A stretch of 32,000 nt of DNA from Bacillus subtilis subsp. subtilis str. 168. Lineage in GTDB: Bacteria; Bacillota; Bacilli; Bacillales; Bacillaceae. Below are positions 1 to 12,954 of this stretch, in pieces. Both the position numbers and the translations under genes were made by a program. The stretch spans positions 720,001 through 752,000 of the forward strand of contig NC_000964.3 in assembly GCF_000009045.1 (NCBI RefSeq). Reading direction: 5' to 3'. How positions within the stretch are numbered: position 1 is the stretch's first letter; each line of letters begins with the position of its first letter. A model generated the notes under the pieces. That model was not told where the DNA came from. It searched no databases and saw only the letters and a program-made list of their open reading frames with translations.

Positions 1-3619
<3,619 letters not shown>

Positions 3620-3634
3620 GAGGAGTGTTTTCTA

Positions 3635-4825
3635 TTGAAAAAGACGTTGGCATTGGCGGCAACGGCGGCAGTATTAATGCTGTCTGCCTGCTCGTCAGGT
3701 TTCGGGGGGGAGAAGGAGGAAGAGATTACGCAAAAGACGGCGAAATCGTCAGAAAAAGCGATTGTCCCGAAATATAATATCTCTGACTCCTATTACAAAA
3801 TGGTGCTGCCGTTTAAGGCAGGCAAAGCGCGCGGCTTAACAACGGAACAGCTGAATACAAGGCTGGACATTGACGAATTTGAAACAGGGCTGATGCGCCT
3901 TGCCCAAGATTCTTTCTCAACTGACGATTATCTGTTCCAAGAAGGACAATATTTAGATGAGGATACAGTATTAAGCTGGCTGGCACGGAAAAAAACGGGC
4001 TCTGATTTGAAAAAAGCCGAAAAAGAAGATAAGAACTTCAAAAATGAAGGCTTGAACCCGGCGCTCCCGAGTTCTGGTTCAACAGAAGAAAAGAACGAAA
4101 GCAGCCCAATTTATTTAGCATCCATGCTTGAGCACGATTATTTAGTCAGAAAAGACAAGAATTCTATCCAGCTTGGCGGCGTCATGATCGGACTGGCGTT
4201 AAACTCAGTGTATTACTATCGTGAAAAAACTGGCGACCCGCAAAAAGAAGTGGAGATTAAAGACAGCACGCTTCGCCAGCAGGGAGAAAAAATTGCACAG
4301 GAGGTTATTAACCGCCTCCGCAAAAAAGATAACTTGAAGAATGTGCCGATTACCGTGGCGCTCTACAAGCAGGCGTCAAAAACATCGATTGTGCCGGGGA
4401 ACTTCATCGCCAAAACAGAGGTCAAAGCAGGCTCTACTGATATCTCAAATTGGGATGACATCAATGAAAAATATGTATTCTATCCGGCGGATACAACCAC
4501 AGCAGAAAAGTACCCGGATGACACCGAGGTCTTTAAGCGGTTCAAAAACTCAATTGAAGAATATTTCCCGAACTATACAGGCGTTGTCGGTACAGCGCTG
4601 TATGAAAATGATGAAATGAAGAAAATGAAGATTGACATACCAATGCAATTCTACGGAAAAAGTGAAGTTGTCGCGTTTACCCAGTTCTTAACGGGTGAAG
4701 TGATGGACTACTACTCTAAGAGCTCAGTTGATGTCGAAGTCAATATCACGTCCTCAGACGGACAGGAAGCGGTCATTATCCGCAATGCCGGAGATAAAGA
4801 GCCGACTGTTCACATTTATGACTGA
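3635..4825 (+). CDS. yerH: Lipoprotein of the CamS sex-pheromone family (YerH)
   Basis: TTG start after an AGGAG ribosome-binding site; lipobox-like LMLSACSSG; CamS-type organisation; synteny after ligA. Confidence 0.9.
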
Positions 4826-4828
4826 TAG

Positions 4829-4864
4829 AAAACCCTTGTGCCATATTGGCACAAGGGTTTTTAT
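4829..4864 (+). terminator. Rho-independent terminator after yerH
   Basis: AAACCCTTGTGCC-ATATT-GGCACAAGGGTTTTT perfect stem followed by a U-tract. Confidence 0.92.
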
Positions 4865-4995
4865 GTTACAATTAACAGGAAAAGGGAAAATATTTTCACT
4901 TCTGCCGAAACACAAATCAAGGGGAGGTATGTTGATGCTGGAAATCGTGTGAAAACAATCATTATCAAATCTATAGCAATGAAAGGATGTTAGAC

Positions 4996-5997
4996 GTGCA
5001 TAAAGATATCAAAAAAATATTTCATGAAGAGCAGGTTTTGGCAGAAGCTGCAGCGAGATACGGTTTCTCAAAAGATCAGGTGCGTTTTCTGGCTGATGCG
5101 GAAAACTATGTATATGAATGTATGAAAGACAATCAACCTTATATTTTAAAGATTACCCATACGATTCGGAGATCTTCTGATTATATGATGGGAGAGATGG
5201 AATGGCTCCGTCACCTTGCAATAGGGGGAATTTCAGTAGCCAAACCGCTCCCGTCGCTGAACGGAAAAGACGTAGAAGCAGTGCCGGACGGAAACGGCGG
5301 GTCATTTTTATTGAGAGTGTATGAGAAAGCGCCGGGGCAAAAAGTGGATGAATCGGACTGGAATGAAACGCTATTTTATGAGCTTGGCAGATACACAGGC
5401 AGCATGCACAGCCTGACAAAAAGCTACAAATTGAGCAATCCCGCTTTCAAAAGACAGGAATGGGATGAAGAGGAGCAATTAAAGCTGAGAAAATATGTGC
5501 CTGAAGATCAGATAAAGGTGTTTCAGCAAGCCGATTCTTTGATGAATGAACTGCGGAGGCTCCCGAAAAGCCAGGACAACTACGGCTTGGTGCATGCGGA
5601 TCTGCACCATGGCAATTTTAACTGGGATCATGGCAAAATCACGGCATTTGATTTTGATGATATCGGCTACAACTGGTTTGTTAACGATATTAGCATTCTT
5701 CTCTACAATGTCCTGTGGTATCCTGTTGTGCCATATGATGATAAAGCTGCGTTTACAGAAGAATTTATGACGCATTTTATGAAAGGGTACTGGGAGGAAA
5801 ATGAGCTTGACCCTGCATGGCTGATGATAATACCTGATTTCCTCCGCCTTCGCCATATGCTGATTTACGGATTGCTGCATCAGATGTTTGACCTTAACAC
5901 AATAGGAGAAGAGGAAAAAGAAATGCTGGCCGGTTTCAGAAGAGATATAGAGAATGGCACGCCGATTACAGCATTTGATTTTTCAGCACTGGTGTAG
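4996..5997 (+). CDS. yerI: APH/choline-kinase-like phosphotransferase (YerI)
   Basis: GLVHADLHHGNFNWDHGKITAFDFDD catalytic/metal motifs. GTG at 4996 preceded by AAAGGA is preferred over ATG at 4987. Confidence 0.85.
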   Translation: MHKDIKKIFHEEQVLAEAAARYGFSKDQVRFLADAENYVYECMKDNQPYILKITHTIRRSSDYMMGEMEWLRHLAIGGISVAKPLPSLNGKDVEAVPDGNGGSFLLRVYEKAPGQKVDESDWNETLFYELGRYTGSMHSLTKSYKLSNPAFKRQEWDEEEQLKLRKYVPEDQIKVFQQADSLMNELRRLPKSQDNYGLVHADLHHGNFNWDHGKITAFDFDDIGYNWFVNDISILLYNVLWYPVVPYDDKAAFTEEFMTHFMKGYWEENELDPAWLMIIPDFLRLRHMLIYGLLHQMFDLNTIGEEEKEMLAGFRRDIENGTPITAFDFSALV

Positions 5998-6034
5998 ATA
6001 GAAAAAGCCAATGGGATTCCAGTCCCATTGGCTT

Positions 6035-6733
6035 TTATAATGTATCACACTTCACGCCGACTACGCCTTCAATGGCTTTAATGTCATAGTAGACATCGGT
6101 CGTGTATCTGTTTTTATGGACGCGGACCTTCACTTCCATAATTGGAAAATCCTTTTCGCCTAGGTCGTCGATCCGAACGGAGTGTGCTTTGATATCTCTT
6201 CTTTTCATTTCTTTTAAAATCTCTGTCATTTTGTCTTTATCAGAAAGTGACATTCTGATGCGGATGTCTTTTTCCTGCAGGCGGTCGGGGCCGATTTTTC
6301 TGACCACCCATGGGAGAAATTCCACACTGATCAGGATGAACAGAAGACTGGCAAACGCTTCTTTATAAAAACCGGCTCCCGTAGCAAGCCCGAGCCCCGC
6401 TGCCCCCCAGATCATGGCCGATGTCGTCAGGCCGGAAATGACATCATTGCTTTTTCGCAGGATGACACCGGCGCCGATAAACCCGACGCCGGAGATGATT
6501 TGTGCCGGCAGACGAAGCGGATCCATCATGATGCGGTAGTATTTAGGGAAATGATATGCCGCATTAATACTGACGATCGTCAGCATGCATGAGCTGACTG
6601 CGATGACAATACAGGTTTTTAATCCGAGCGGCTTATTTTTTAATTCGCGTTCAAGCCCGATGACCATGCCAATCAATGTGGCAATGCCCAATTTCAATAA
6701 AATATCAGGATCAATATACCAGCTCAACAGCAA
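6035..6733 (-). CDS. sapB: MgtC/SapB family membrane protein
   Basis: 232 aa; MgtC/SapB signatures (RLPAQIISGVGFIGAGVI, GLERE); position between yerI and opuE. Confidence 0.9.
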   Translation of the reverse strand: MLLSWYIDPDILLKLGIATLIGMVIGLERELKNKPLGLKTCIVIAVSSCMLTIVSINAAYHFPKYYRIMMDPLRLPAQIISGVGFIGAGVILRKSNDVISGLTTSAMIWGAAGLGLATGAGFYKEAFASLLFILISVEFLPWVVRKIGPDRLQEKDIRIRMSLSDKDKMTEILKEMKRRDIKAHSVRIDDLGEKDFPIMEVKVRVHKNRYTTDVYYDIKAIEGVVGVKCDTL

Positions 6734-6839
6734 ACTTCCCCCTTCTCTATGGTGTTTTTAAATAAATATGATTTTCTCACAGTATTTATAGCAAAACAAG
6801 AGCACAAAAGCCACCAAGCTGCGCTTGATGGCTTATTGC

Positions 6840-8318
6840 TTACTTTTTGCGTTTTAACAGCTTTTCCATGACACCGAATAATCGGTAAGAGGCTTTTGCA
6901 GGACGTTTTGTGATCATGCTGACAATGATGCCGGCAATCATACTGAGAATAAACCCAGGGATGATTTCGTACACACCGGTTGATTTTGCCAGGCCGGTTG
7001 TAATCCAGATCAACACGGTCGCAGCCCCGACAATCATGGCAGCAAGCGCGCCCCATTCGTTCATTCGTTTCCAATACAGACTGAGCAGAATCGCAGGCCC
7101 GAAAGCTGAACCGAAGCCGGCCCAAGCGTATCCGACCAAATCAAGAATGGTGCTGTTCGGGTTCAATGACAAGAGTACCGCGATAACGGCAATGACTAAG
7201 ACGGACAATCGCCCGATCATGACCAATTCTTTATCAGAAGCTTTTCGTCTGAAAAATGACCGGTATAAATCCTCTGTTACAGCACTTGCTGTGACCAAGA
7301 GCTGTGAGGAAATCGAACTCATGATGGCAGCCAAAATAGCTGACAATAAGAACCCTGTAATTAATGGGTGGAACAAGATTTTAGAGAAGATAATGAAAAT
7401 CATCTCCGGATCTTTTACAGCAACTCCGAATTTATGGGCGTATGCAACACCGATTAAACCCGTCAGCACGGAACCTAGAACTGTAATGATCATCCAGCTC
7501 ATGCCGATTCGGCGTGCAGGTTTTAAATCTTTAATGTCTTTAATGGCCATAAATCGGACGATGATATGAGGCTGGCCGTAGTAGCCCAACCCCCAGGCTA
7601 AATAGGAAATAATGCTAATGACGCTCGCGCCTTTAAAAATATCCAATAAATGTGGATTAACAGCGTCGATTTCATGGAAAGTCGGAGCAACGCCGCCCAC
7701 ATGGGTAAAAGCAACGATCGGCACAAGCACTAGTGCTGCAAACATGATCGCACCCTGCACGAAGTCAGTCAGACTGACAGCAAGGAAACCGCCAAACAGT
7801 GTGTATAACACGACAACTGCGGTGGTCAGAAACAGGCCTAATTTGTAATCCGCACCAAAAGCAGATTCAAACAGCCGTCCGCCAGATACCATACCGGAAG
7901 AGGTATACAATGTGAAAAAGATCATGATGATCAATGCAGATACGATTTTCAGCAGTGATGAAGAATGCTGGAATCGTTTATCAAAGAAATCAGGAATTGT
8001 AATCGCATCATCTGCCGCTTCTGTATAAGCACGCAGCCTTGGAGCCAGCAGCAAGTAATTTGAGTACGCCCCGATTGTAAGACCTAAAGCAAGCCATAAG
8101 GTGGACAGCCCTGTCGCAAACATCGCGCCGGGAACACCCATCAGCATCCATCCGCTCATATCGGCCGCGCCGGCAGACAAAGCAGTAACGAATGGTCCGA
8201 GGCCTCTTCCTCCAAGCATGTAATCATTGATGTCAGTGGTTTTCTTGAATGCATACCAGCCGATTAACAGCATGGCAATAAAGTAAATTCCTAAAGATAT
8301 AATAATTTCAATACTCAC
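6840..8318 (-). CDS. opuE: Sodium/solute symporter, osmoregulated proline transporter OpuE
   Basis: 492 aa SSS-family protein (PutP-like GGRGLGPFVTALSAGAADMSGWMLMG). Confidence 0.93.
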   Translation of the reverse strand: MSIEIIISLGIYFIAMLLIGWYAFKKTTDINDYMLGGRGLGPFVTALSAGAADMSGWMLMGVPGAMFATGLSTLWLALGLTIGAYSNYLLLAPRLRAYTEAADDAITIPDFFDKRFQHSSSLLKIVSALIIMIFFTLYTSSGMVSGGRLFESAFGADYKLGLFLTTAVVVLYTLFGGFLAVSLTDFVQGAIMFAALVLVPIVAFTHVGGVAPTFHEIDAVNPHLLDIFKGASVISIISYLAWGLGYYGQPHIIVRFMAIKDIKDLKPARRIGMSWMIITVLGSVLTGLIGVAYAHKFGVAVKDPEMIFIIFSKILFHPLITGFLLSAILAAIMSSISSQLLVTASAVTEDLYRSFFRRKASDKELVMIGRLSVLVIAVIAVLLSLNPNSTILDLVGYAWAGFGSAFGPAILLSLYWKRMNEWGALAAMIVGAATVLIWITTGLAKSTGVYEIIPGFILSMIAGIIVSMITKRPAKASYRLFGVMEKLLKRKK

Positions 8319-8376
8319 GTTTTACCCTCTCTTCATTTCTAATAATGTTGCATCACCTCTCAAATTGATGGTGCCA

Positions 8377-8443
8377 GTTAAGCAGCCTGGCGTAAGTGCA
8401 AAACAAAAGAAATTCTTTTGCGGGTGCACTTGGTAACTTAACC
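8377..8443. other. Nested inverted repeat upstream of opuE
   Basis: Three nested arm pairs: GTTAAG(8377-8382)/CTTAAC(8438-8443); AAGTGCA(8394-8400)/TGCACTT(8425-8431); CAAAAGAA(8404-8411)/TTCTTTTG(8413-8420). Confidence 0.7.
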
Positions 8444-8731
8444 TAACAAAGTATTCCCGGCCATTCAAGCGATGAAACATTGATCATAAGCTGGAAATAC
8501 CGTTGCAAACCTAGAAGGGAATAAAGAATAAAACGCTTTCAAAAAATAATTAAAGTAAAAATATTCAGAAAAATATTTCGTTTCTCCTTCTCCTCATTTT
8601 AGTATAAAATATATAGGGTATTGTTTCGAAAACACAGGCCTGTCTCAAGGCGTTTTGTTGCTTTAAAGGGCTTGTTTTTGATATGATCAGTATTATATGA
8701 CTTAACGGAGAAATATGTGGAGGTGGATCAT

Positions 8732-9022
8732 ATGTCACGAATTTCAATAGAAGAAGTAAAGCACGTTGCGCACCTTGCAAGACTTGCGATTACTGAAGAA
8801 GAAGCAAAAATGTTCACTGAACAGCTCGACAGTATCATTTCATTTGCCGAGGAGCTTAATGAGGTTAACACAGACAATGTGGAGCCTACAACTCACGTGC
8901 TGAAAATGAAAAATGTCATGAGAGAAGATGAAGCGGGTAAAGGTCTTCCGGTTGAGGATGTCATGAAAAATGCGCCTGACCATAAAGACGGCTATATTCG
9001 TGTGCCATCAATTCTGGACTAA
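8732..9022 (+). CDS. gatC: Asp-tRNA(Asn)/Glu-tRNA(Gln) amidotransferase subunit C
   Basis: 96 aa from [18 protein letters not shown]; GGAGG-like SD; followed by gatA-gatB. Confidence 0.96.
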
Positions 9023-9037
9023 AGGAGGGACACAAGA

Positions 9038-10495
9038 ATGTCATTATTTGATCATAAAATCACAGAATTAAAACAGCTCATACATAAAAAAGAGATTAAG
9101 ATTTCTGATCTGGTTGATGAATCTTATAAACGCATCCAAGCGGTTGATGATAAGGTACAAGCCTTTTTGGCATTAGATGAAGAAAGAGCGCGCGCATACG
9201 CGAAGGAGCTTGATGAGGCGGTTGACGGCCGTTCTGAGCACGGTCTTCTTTTCGGTATGCCGATCGGCGTAAAAGATAATATCGTAACAAAAGGGCTGCG
9301 CACAACATGCTCCAGCAAAATTCTCGAAAACTTTGATCCGATTTACGATGCTACTGTCGTTCAGCGCCTTCAAGACGCTGAAGCGGTCACAATCGGAAAA
9401 CTGAACATGGACGAATTCGCCATGGGGTCATCTACAGAAAACTCAGCTTACAAGCTGACGAAAAACCCTTGGAACCTGGATACAGTTCCCGGCGGTTCAA
9501 GCGGCGGATCTGCAGCTGCGGTTGCTGCGGGAGAAGTTCCGTTTTCTCTTGGATCTGACACAGGCGGCTCCATCCGTCAGCCGGCATCTTTCTGCGGCGT
9601 TGTCGGATTAAAACCTACATACGGACGTGTATCTCGTTACGGCCTGGTCGCATTTGCGTCTTCATTGGACCAAATCGGACCGATTACACGTACGGTTGAG
9701 GATAACGCGTTTTTACTTCAAGCGATTTCCGGCGTAGACAAAATGGACTCTACGAGTGCAAATGTGGACGTGCCTGATTTTCTTTCTTCATTAACTGGCG
9801 ACATCAAAGGACTGAAAATCGCCGTTCCGAAAGAATACCTTGGTGAAGGTGTCGGCAAAGAAGCGAGAGAATCTGTCTTGGCAGCGCTGAAAGTCCTTGA
9901 AGGTCTCGGCGCTACATGGGAAGAAGTGTCTCTTCCGCACAGTAAATACGCGCTTGCGACATATTACCTGCTGTCATCTTCTGAAGCGTCAGCGAACCTT
10001 GCACGCTTTGACGGCATCCGCTACGGCTACCGCACAGACAACGCGGATAACCTGATCGACCTTTACAAGCAAACGCGCGCTGAAGGTTTCGGAAATGAAG
10101 TCAAACGCCGCATCATGCTCGGAACGTTTGCTTTAAGCTCAGGCTACTACGATGCGTACTACAAAAAAGCGCAAAAAGTGCGTACGTTGATTAAGAAGGA
10201 TTTCGAGGACGTATTTGAAAAATATGATGTTATTGTTGGACCGACTACACCGACACCTGCGTTTAAAATCGGTGAAAACACGAAGGATCCGCTCACAATG
10301 TACGCAAACGATATCTTAACGATTCCGGTCAACCTTGCCGGCGTACCGGGAATCAGTGTGCCATGCGGATTAGCAGACGGACTTCCGCTCGGCCTGCAAA
10401 TCATCGGAAAACACTTTGATGAAAGCACTGTATACCGCGTTGCTCATGCATTTGAACAAGCAACAGACCATCATAAAGCAAAACCTGAACTGTAA
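9038..10495 (+). CDS. gatA: Asp/Glu-tRNA amidotransferase subunit A
   Basis: 485 aa; amidase signature [35 protein letters not shown]. Confidence 0.98.
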
Positions 10496-10508
10496 GGGGT
10501 GAAAAGAA

Positions 10509-11939
10509 TTGAACTTTGAAACGGTAATCGGACTTGAAGTCCACGTTGAGTTAAAAACAAAATCAAAAATTTTCTCAAGCTCTCCAACGCCATTCGGCGC
10601 GGAGGCGAATACGCAGACAAGCGTTATTGACCTCGGATATCCGGGCGTCCTGCCTGTTCTGAACAAAGAAGCCGTTGAATTCGCAATGAAAGCCGCTATG
10701 GCGCTCAACTGTGAGATCGCAACGGATACGAAGTTTGACCGCAAAAACTATTTCTATCCTGACAACCCGAAAGCGTATCAGATTTCTCAATTTGATAAGC
10801 CAATCGGCGAAAACGGCTGGATCGAAATTGAAGTCGGCGGCAAAACAAAACGCATCGGCATCACGCGCCTTCATCTTGAAGAGGATGCCGGAAAACTGAC
10901 GCATACGGGCGACGGCTATTCTCTTGTTGACTTCAACCGTCAAGGAACGCCGCTTGTTGAGATCGTATCAGAGCCGGACATCCGCACGCCGGAAGAAGCG
11001 TACGCATATCTTGAAAAGCTGAAATCCATCATCCAATATACAGGCGTTTCTGACTGTAAAATGGAAGAAGGCTCACTTCGCTGTGACGCCAATATCTCTC
11101 TTCGTCCGATCGGCCAAGAGGAATTCGGCACAAAAACAGAATTGAAAAACTTGAACTCCTTTGCGTTTGTTCAAAAAGGCCTTGAGCATGAAGAAAAACG
11201 CCAGGAGCAGGTTCTTCTTTCCGGCGGCGTCATCCAGCAAGAAACTCGCCGTTATGATGAAGCAACGAAGAAAACCATTCTTATGCGTGTCAAAGAGGGA
11301 TCTGACGACTACCGTTACTTCCCAGAGCCAGATCTAGTCGAGCTCTACATTGATGATGAATGGAAGGAACGCGTAAAAGCAAGCATTCCTGAGCTTCCGG
11401 ATGAGCGCCGCAAGCGTTATATCGAAGAGCTTGGCTTGCCTGCATATGACGCAATGGTTCTGACGCTGACAAAAGAAATGGCTGATTTCTTCGAAGAAAC
11501 CGTTCAAAAAGGCGCTGAAGCTAAACAAGCGTCTAACTGGCTGATGGGTGAAGTGTCAGCTTACCTAAACGCAGAACAAAAAGAGCTTGCCGATGTTGCC
11601 CTGACACCTGAAGGCCTTGCCGGCATGATCAAATTGATTGAAAAAGGAACCATTTCTTCTAAGATCGCGAAGAAAGTGTTTAAAGAATTGATTGAAAAAG
11701 GCGGCGACGCTGAGAAGATTGTGAAAGAGAAAGGCCTTGTTCAGATTTCTGACGAAGGCGTGCTTCTGAAGCTTGTCACTGAGGCGCTTGACAACAATCC
11801 TCAATCAATCGAAGACTTTAAAAACGGAAAAGACCGCGCGATCGGCTTCCTAGTCGGACAGATTATGAAAGCGTCCAAAGGACAAGCCAACCCGCCGATG
11901 GTCAACAAAATTCTGCTTGAAGAAATTAAAAAACGCTAA
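10509..11939 (+). CDS. gatB: Asp/Glu-tRNA amidotransferase subunit B
   Basis: 476 aa, TTG start; [15 protein letters not shown]...[17 protein letters not shown]. Confidence 0.98.
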   Translation: MNFETVIGLEVHVELKTKSKIFSSSPTPFGAEANTQTSVIDLGYPGVLPVLNKEAVEFAMKAAMALNCEIATDTKFDRKNYFYPDNPKAYQISQFDKPIGENGWIEIEVGGKTKRIGITRLHLEEDAGKLTHTGDGYSLVDFNRQGTPLVEIVSEPDIRTPEEAYAYLEKLKSIIQYTGVSDCKMEEGSLRCDANISLRPIGQEEFGTKTELKNLNSFAFVQKGLEHEEKRQEQVLLSGGVIQQETRRYDEATKKTILMRVKEGSDDYRYFPEPDLVELYIDDEWKERVKASIPELPDERRKRYIEELGLPAYDAMVLTLTKEMADFFEETVQKGAEAKQASNWLMGEVSAYLNAEQKELADVALTPEGLAGMIKLIEKGTISSKIAKKVFKELIEKGGDAEKIVKEKGLVQISDEGVLLKLVTEALDNNPQSIEDFKNGKDRAIGFLVGQIMKASKGQANPPMVNKILLEEIKKR

Positions 11940-11940
11940 T

Positions 11941-11972
11941 AAAAAAGCAGCCCTTAGAGGCTGCTTTTTTTA
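11941..11972 (+). terminator. Terminator between convergent gatB and yerO
   Basis: AAAAAAGCAGCC-CTTAGA-GGCTGCTTTTTTT. Confidence 0.85.
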
Positions 11973-12823
11973 TGGTCAAATTGAGATAAAGACAAGATGA
12001 GGGCCCGAAGCCTTTCAACTTCTTTGTCGTTGGTTCCGGCCAAATTGGACAGCATGCCTTTAATAATCGGCTTGCGCGGTTTATCCTGAGTCAATTCTTC
12101 CTCGATAACATCAAGTGACACGGTGATATCCTCGGGCAGCGTGCTGTTTTCTTTCACTTTCTGAATGTCCTCAAGCAGCTGGTCTTTTCCCGCAGGCATC
12201 GGGTTAAAAATGTCTTTTGATACAATCGGATTGAGTGCAGAACGGCTCAGCCCCTGTACAAGATCATCCAGTCTCTCAATAATAAAGGCTGAGATTTCTT
12301 CTGCATCGATATTAAGCTCACCGTTAAATACCATCACGTTCATATAGGAATGCACAATGCCTCTTGCCATGATGGACAGATCTGCGACATACCGCTCGAT
12401 TCCTTCGCCATAGGATACCAGCAAGGCGTTCCGGTACAGCTTATCCGTCTCCATGGTTACTTTGTAAAAGTATTGCTTGATTTCTTGATTTTCCGGAATG
12501 ATATTTTCGGTAAGCAAAAGAACGATAAAATCTTTATGATCGCGAAAATCCTCAAATTGAGCGCCAATTTGCTTTTTTAACACTTCCTTAGGCGGCTTTC
12601 CGGCGAGATCTTCTTCTATATTTTTCATTTTGTTCATAGACATACCGATATAATATTCACAGGCAGATAACAGCAGCGCTTCTTTCGATTTGAAGTGCAA
12701 ATAAAAAGCGCCCTTCGAAATGCCGCATTCACTGGCGATTTCTTGGATCGTCGTAGCTGCGAATCCTTTTTTCGCAAATAAACGAATGCTGGTTTTTATG
12801 ATTCTCTCTTTTTTTTCATTCAT
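11954..12823 (-). CDS. yerO: TetR-family regulator YerO
   Basis: Start taken at MNEKKERIIKTSIRLFAKKGFAATTIQEIASECGISKGAFYLHFKSKEALL (TetR HTH); divergent from swrC. Codons upstream of 12823 in the ORF track are judged non-coding. Confidence 0.93.
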   Translation of the reverse strand: MNEKKERIIKTSIRLFAKKGFAATTIQEIASECGISKGAFYLHFKSKEALLLSACEYYIGMSMNKMKNIEEDLAGKPPKEVLKKQIGAQFEDFRDHKDFIVLLLTENIIPENQEIKQYFYKVTMETDKLYRNALLVSYGEGIERYVADLSIMARGIVHSYMNVMVFNGELNIDAEEISAFIIERLDDLVQGLSRSALNPIVSKDIFNPMPAGKDQLLEDIQKVKENSTLPEDITVSLDVIEEELTQDKPRKPIIKGMLSNLAGTNDKEVERLRALILSLSQFDHKKSSL

Positions 12824-12879
12824 GACGTGCTTCCCCTTAATCCTTGAAAAATTTAGTAAAATTTTCTGGTATATGAGTT

Positions 12880-12935
12880 GACGTTGTTGCGTTATAACGT
12901 TTAGTATTATATAGAATGACCAGTCAGTCAATAAA
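12880..12935 (+). promoter_or_regulatory. Putative swrC promoter and TetR-type operator
   Basis: TTGACG, about 18 nt, then TAGTAT; followed by TGACCAGTCAGTCA with internal dyad symmetry (TGAC-CA-GTCA). By inference only. Confidence 0.5.
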
Positions 12936-12954
12936 AAATGTAATGGAGGATATG

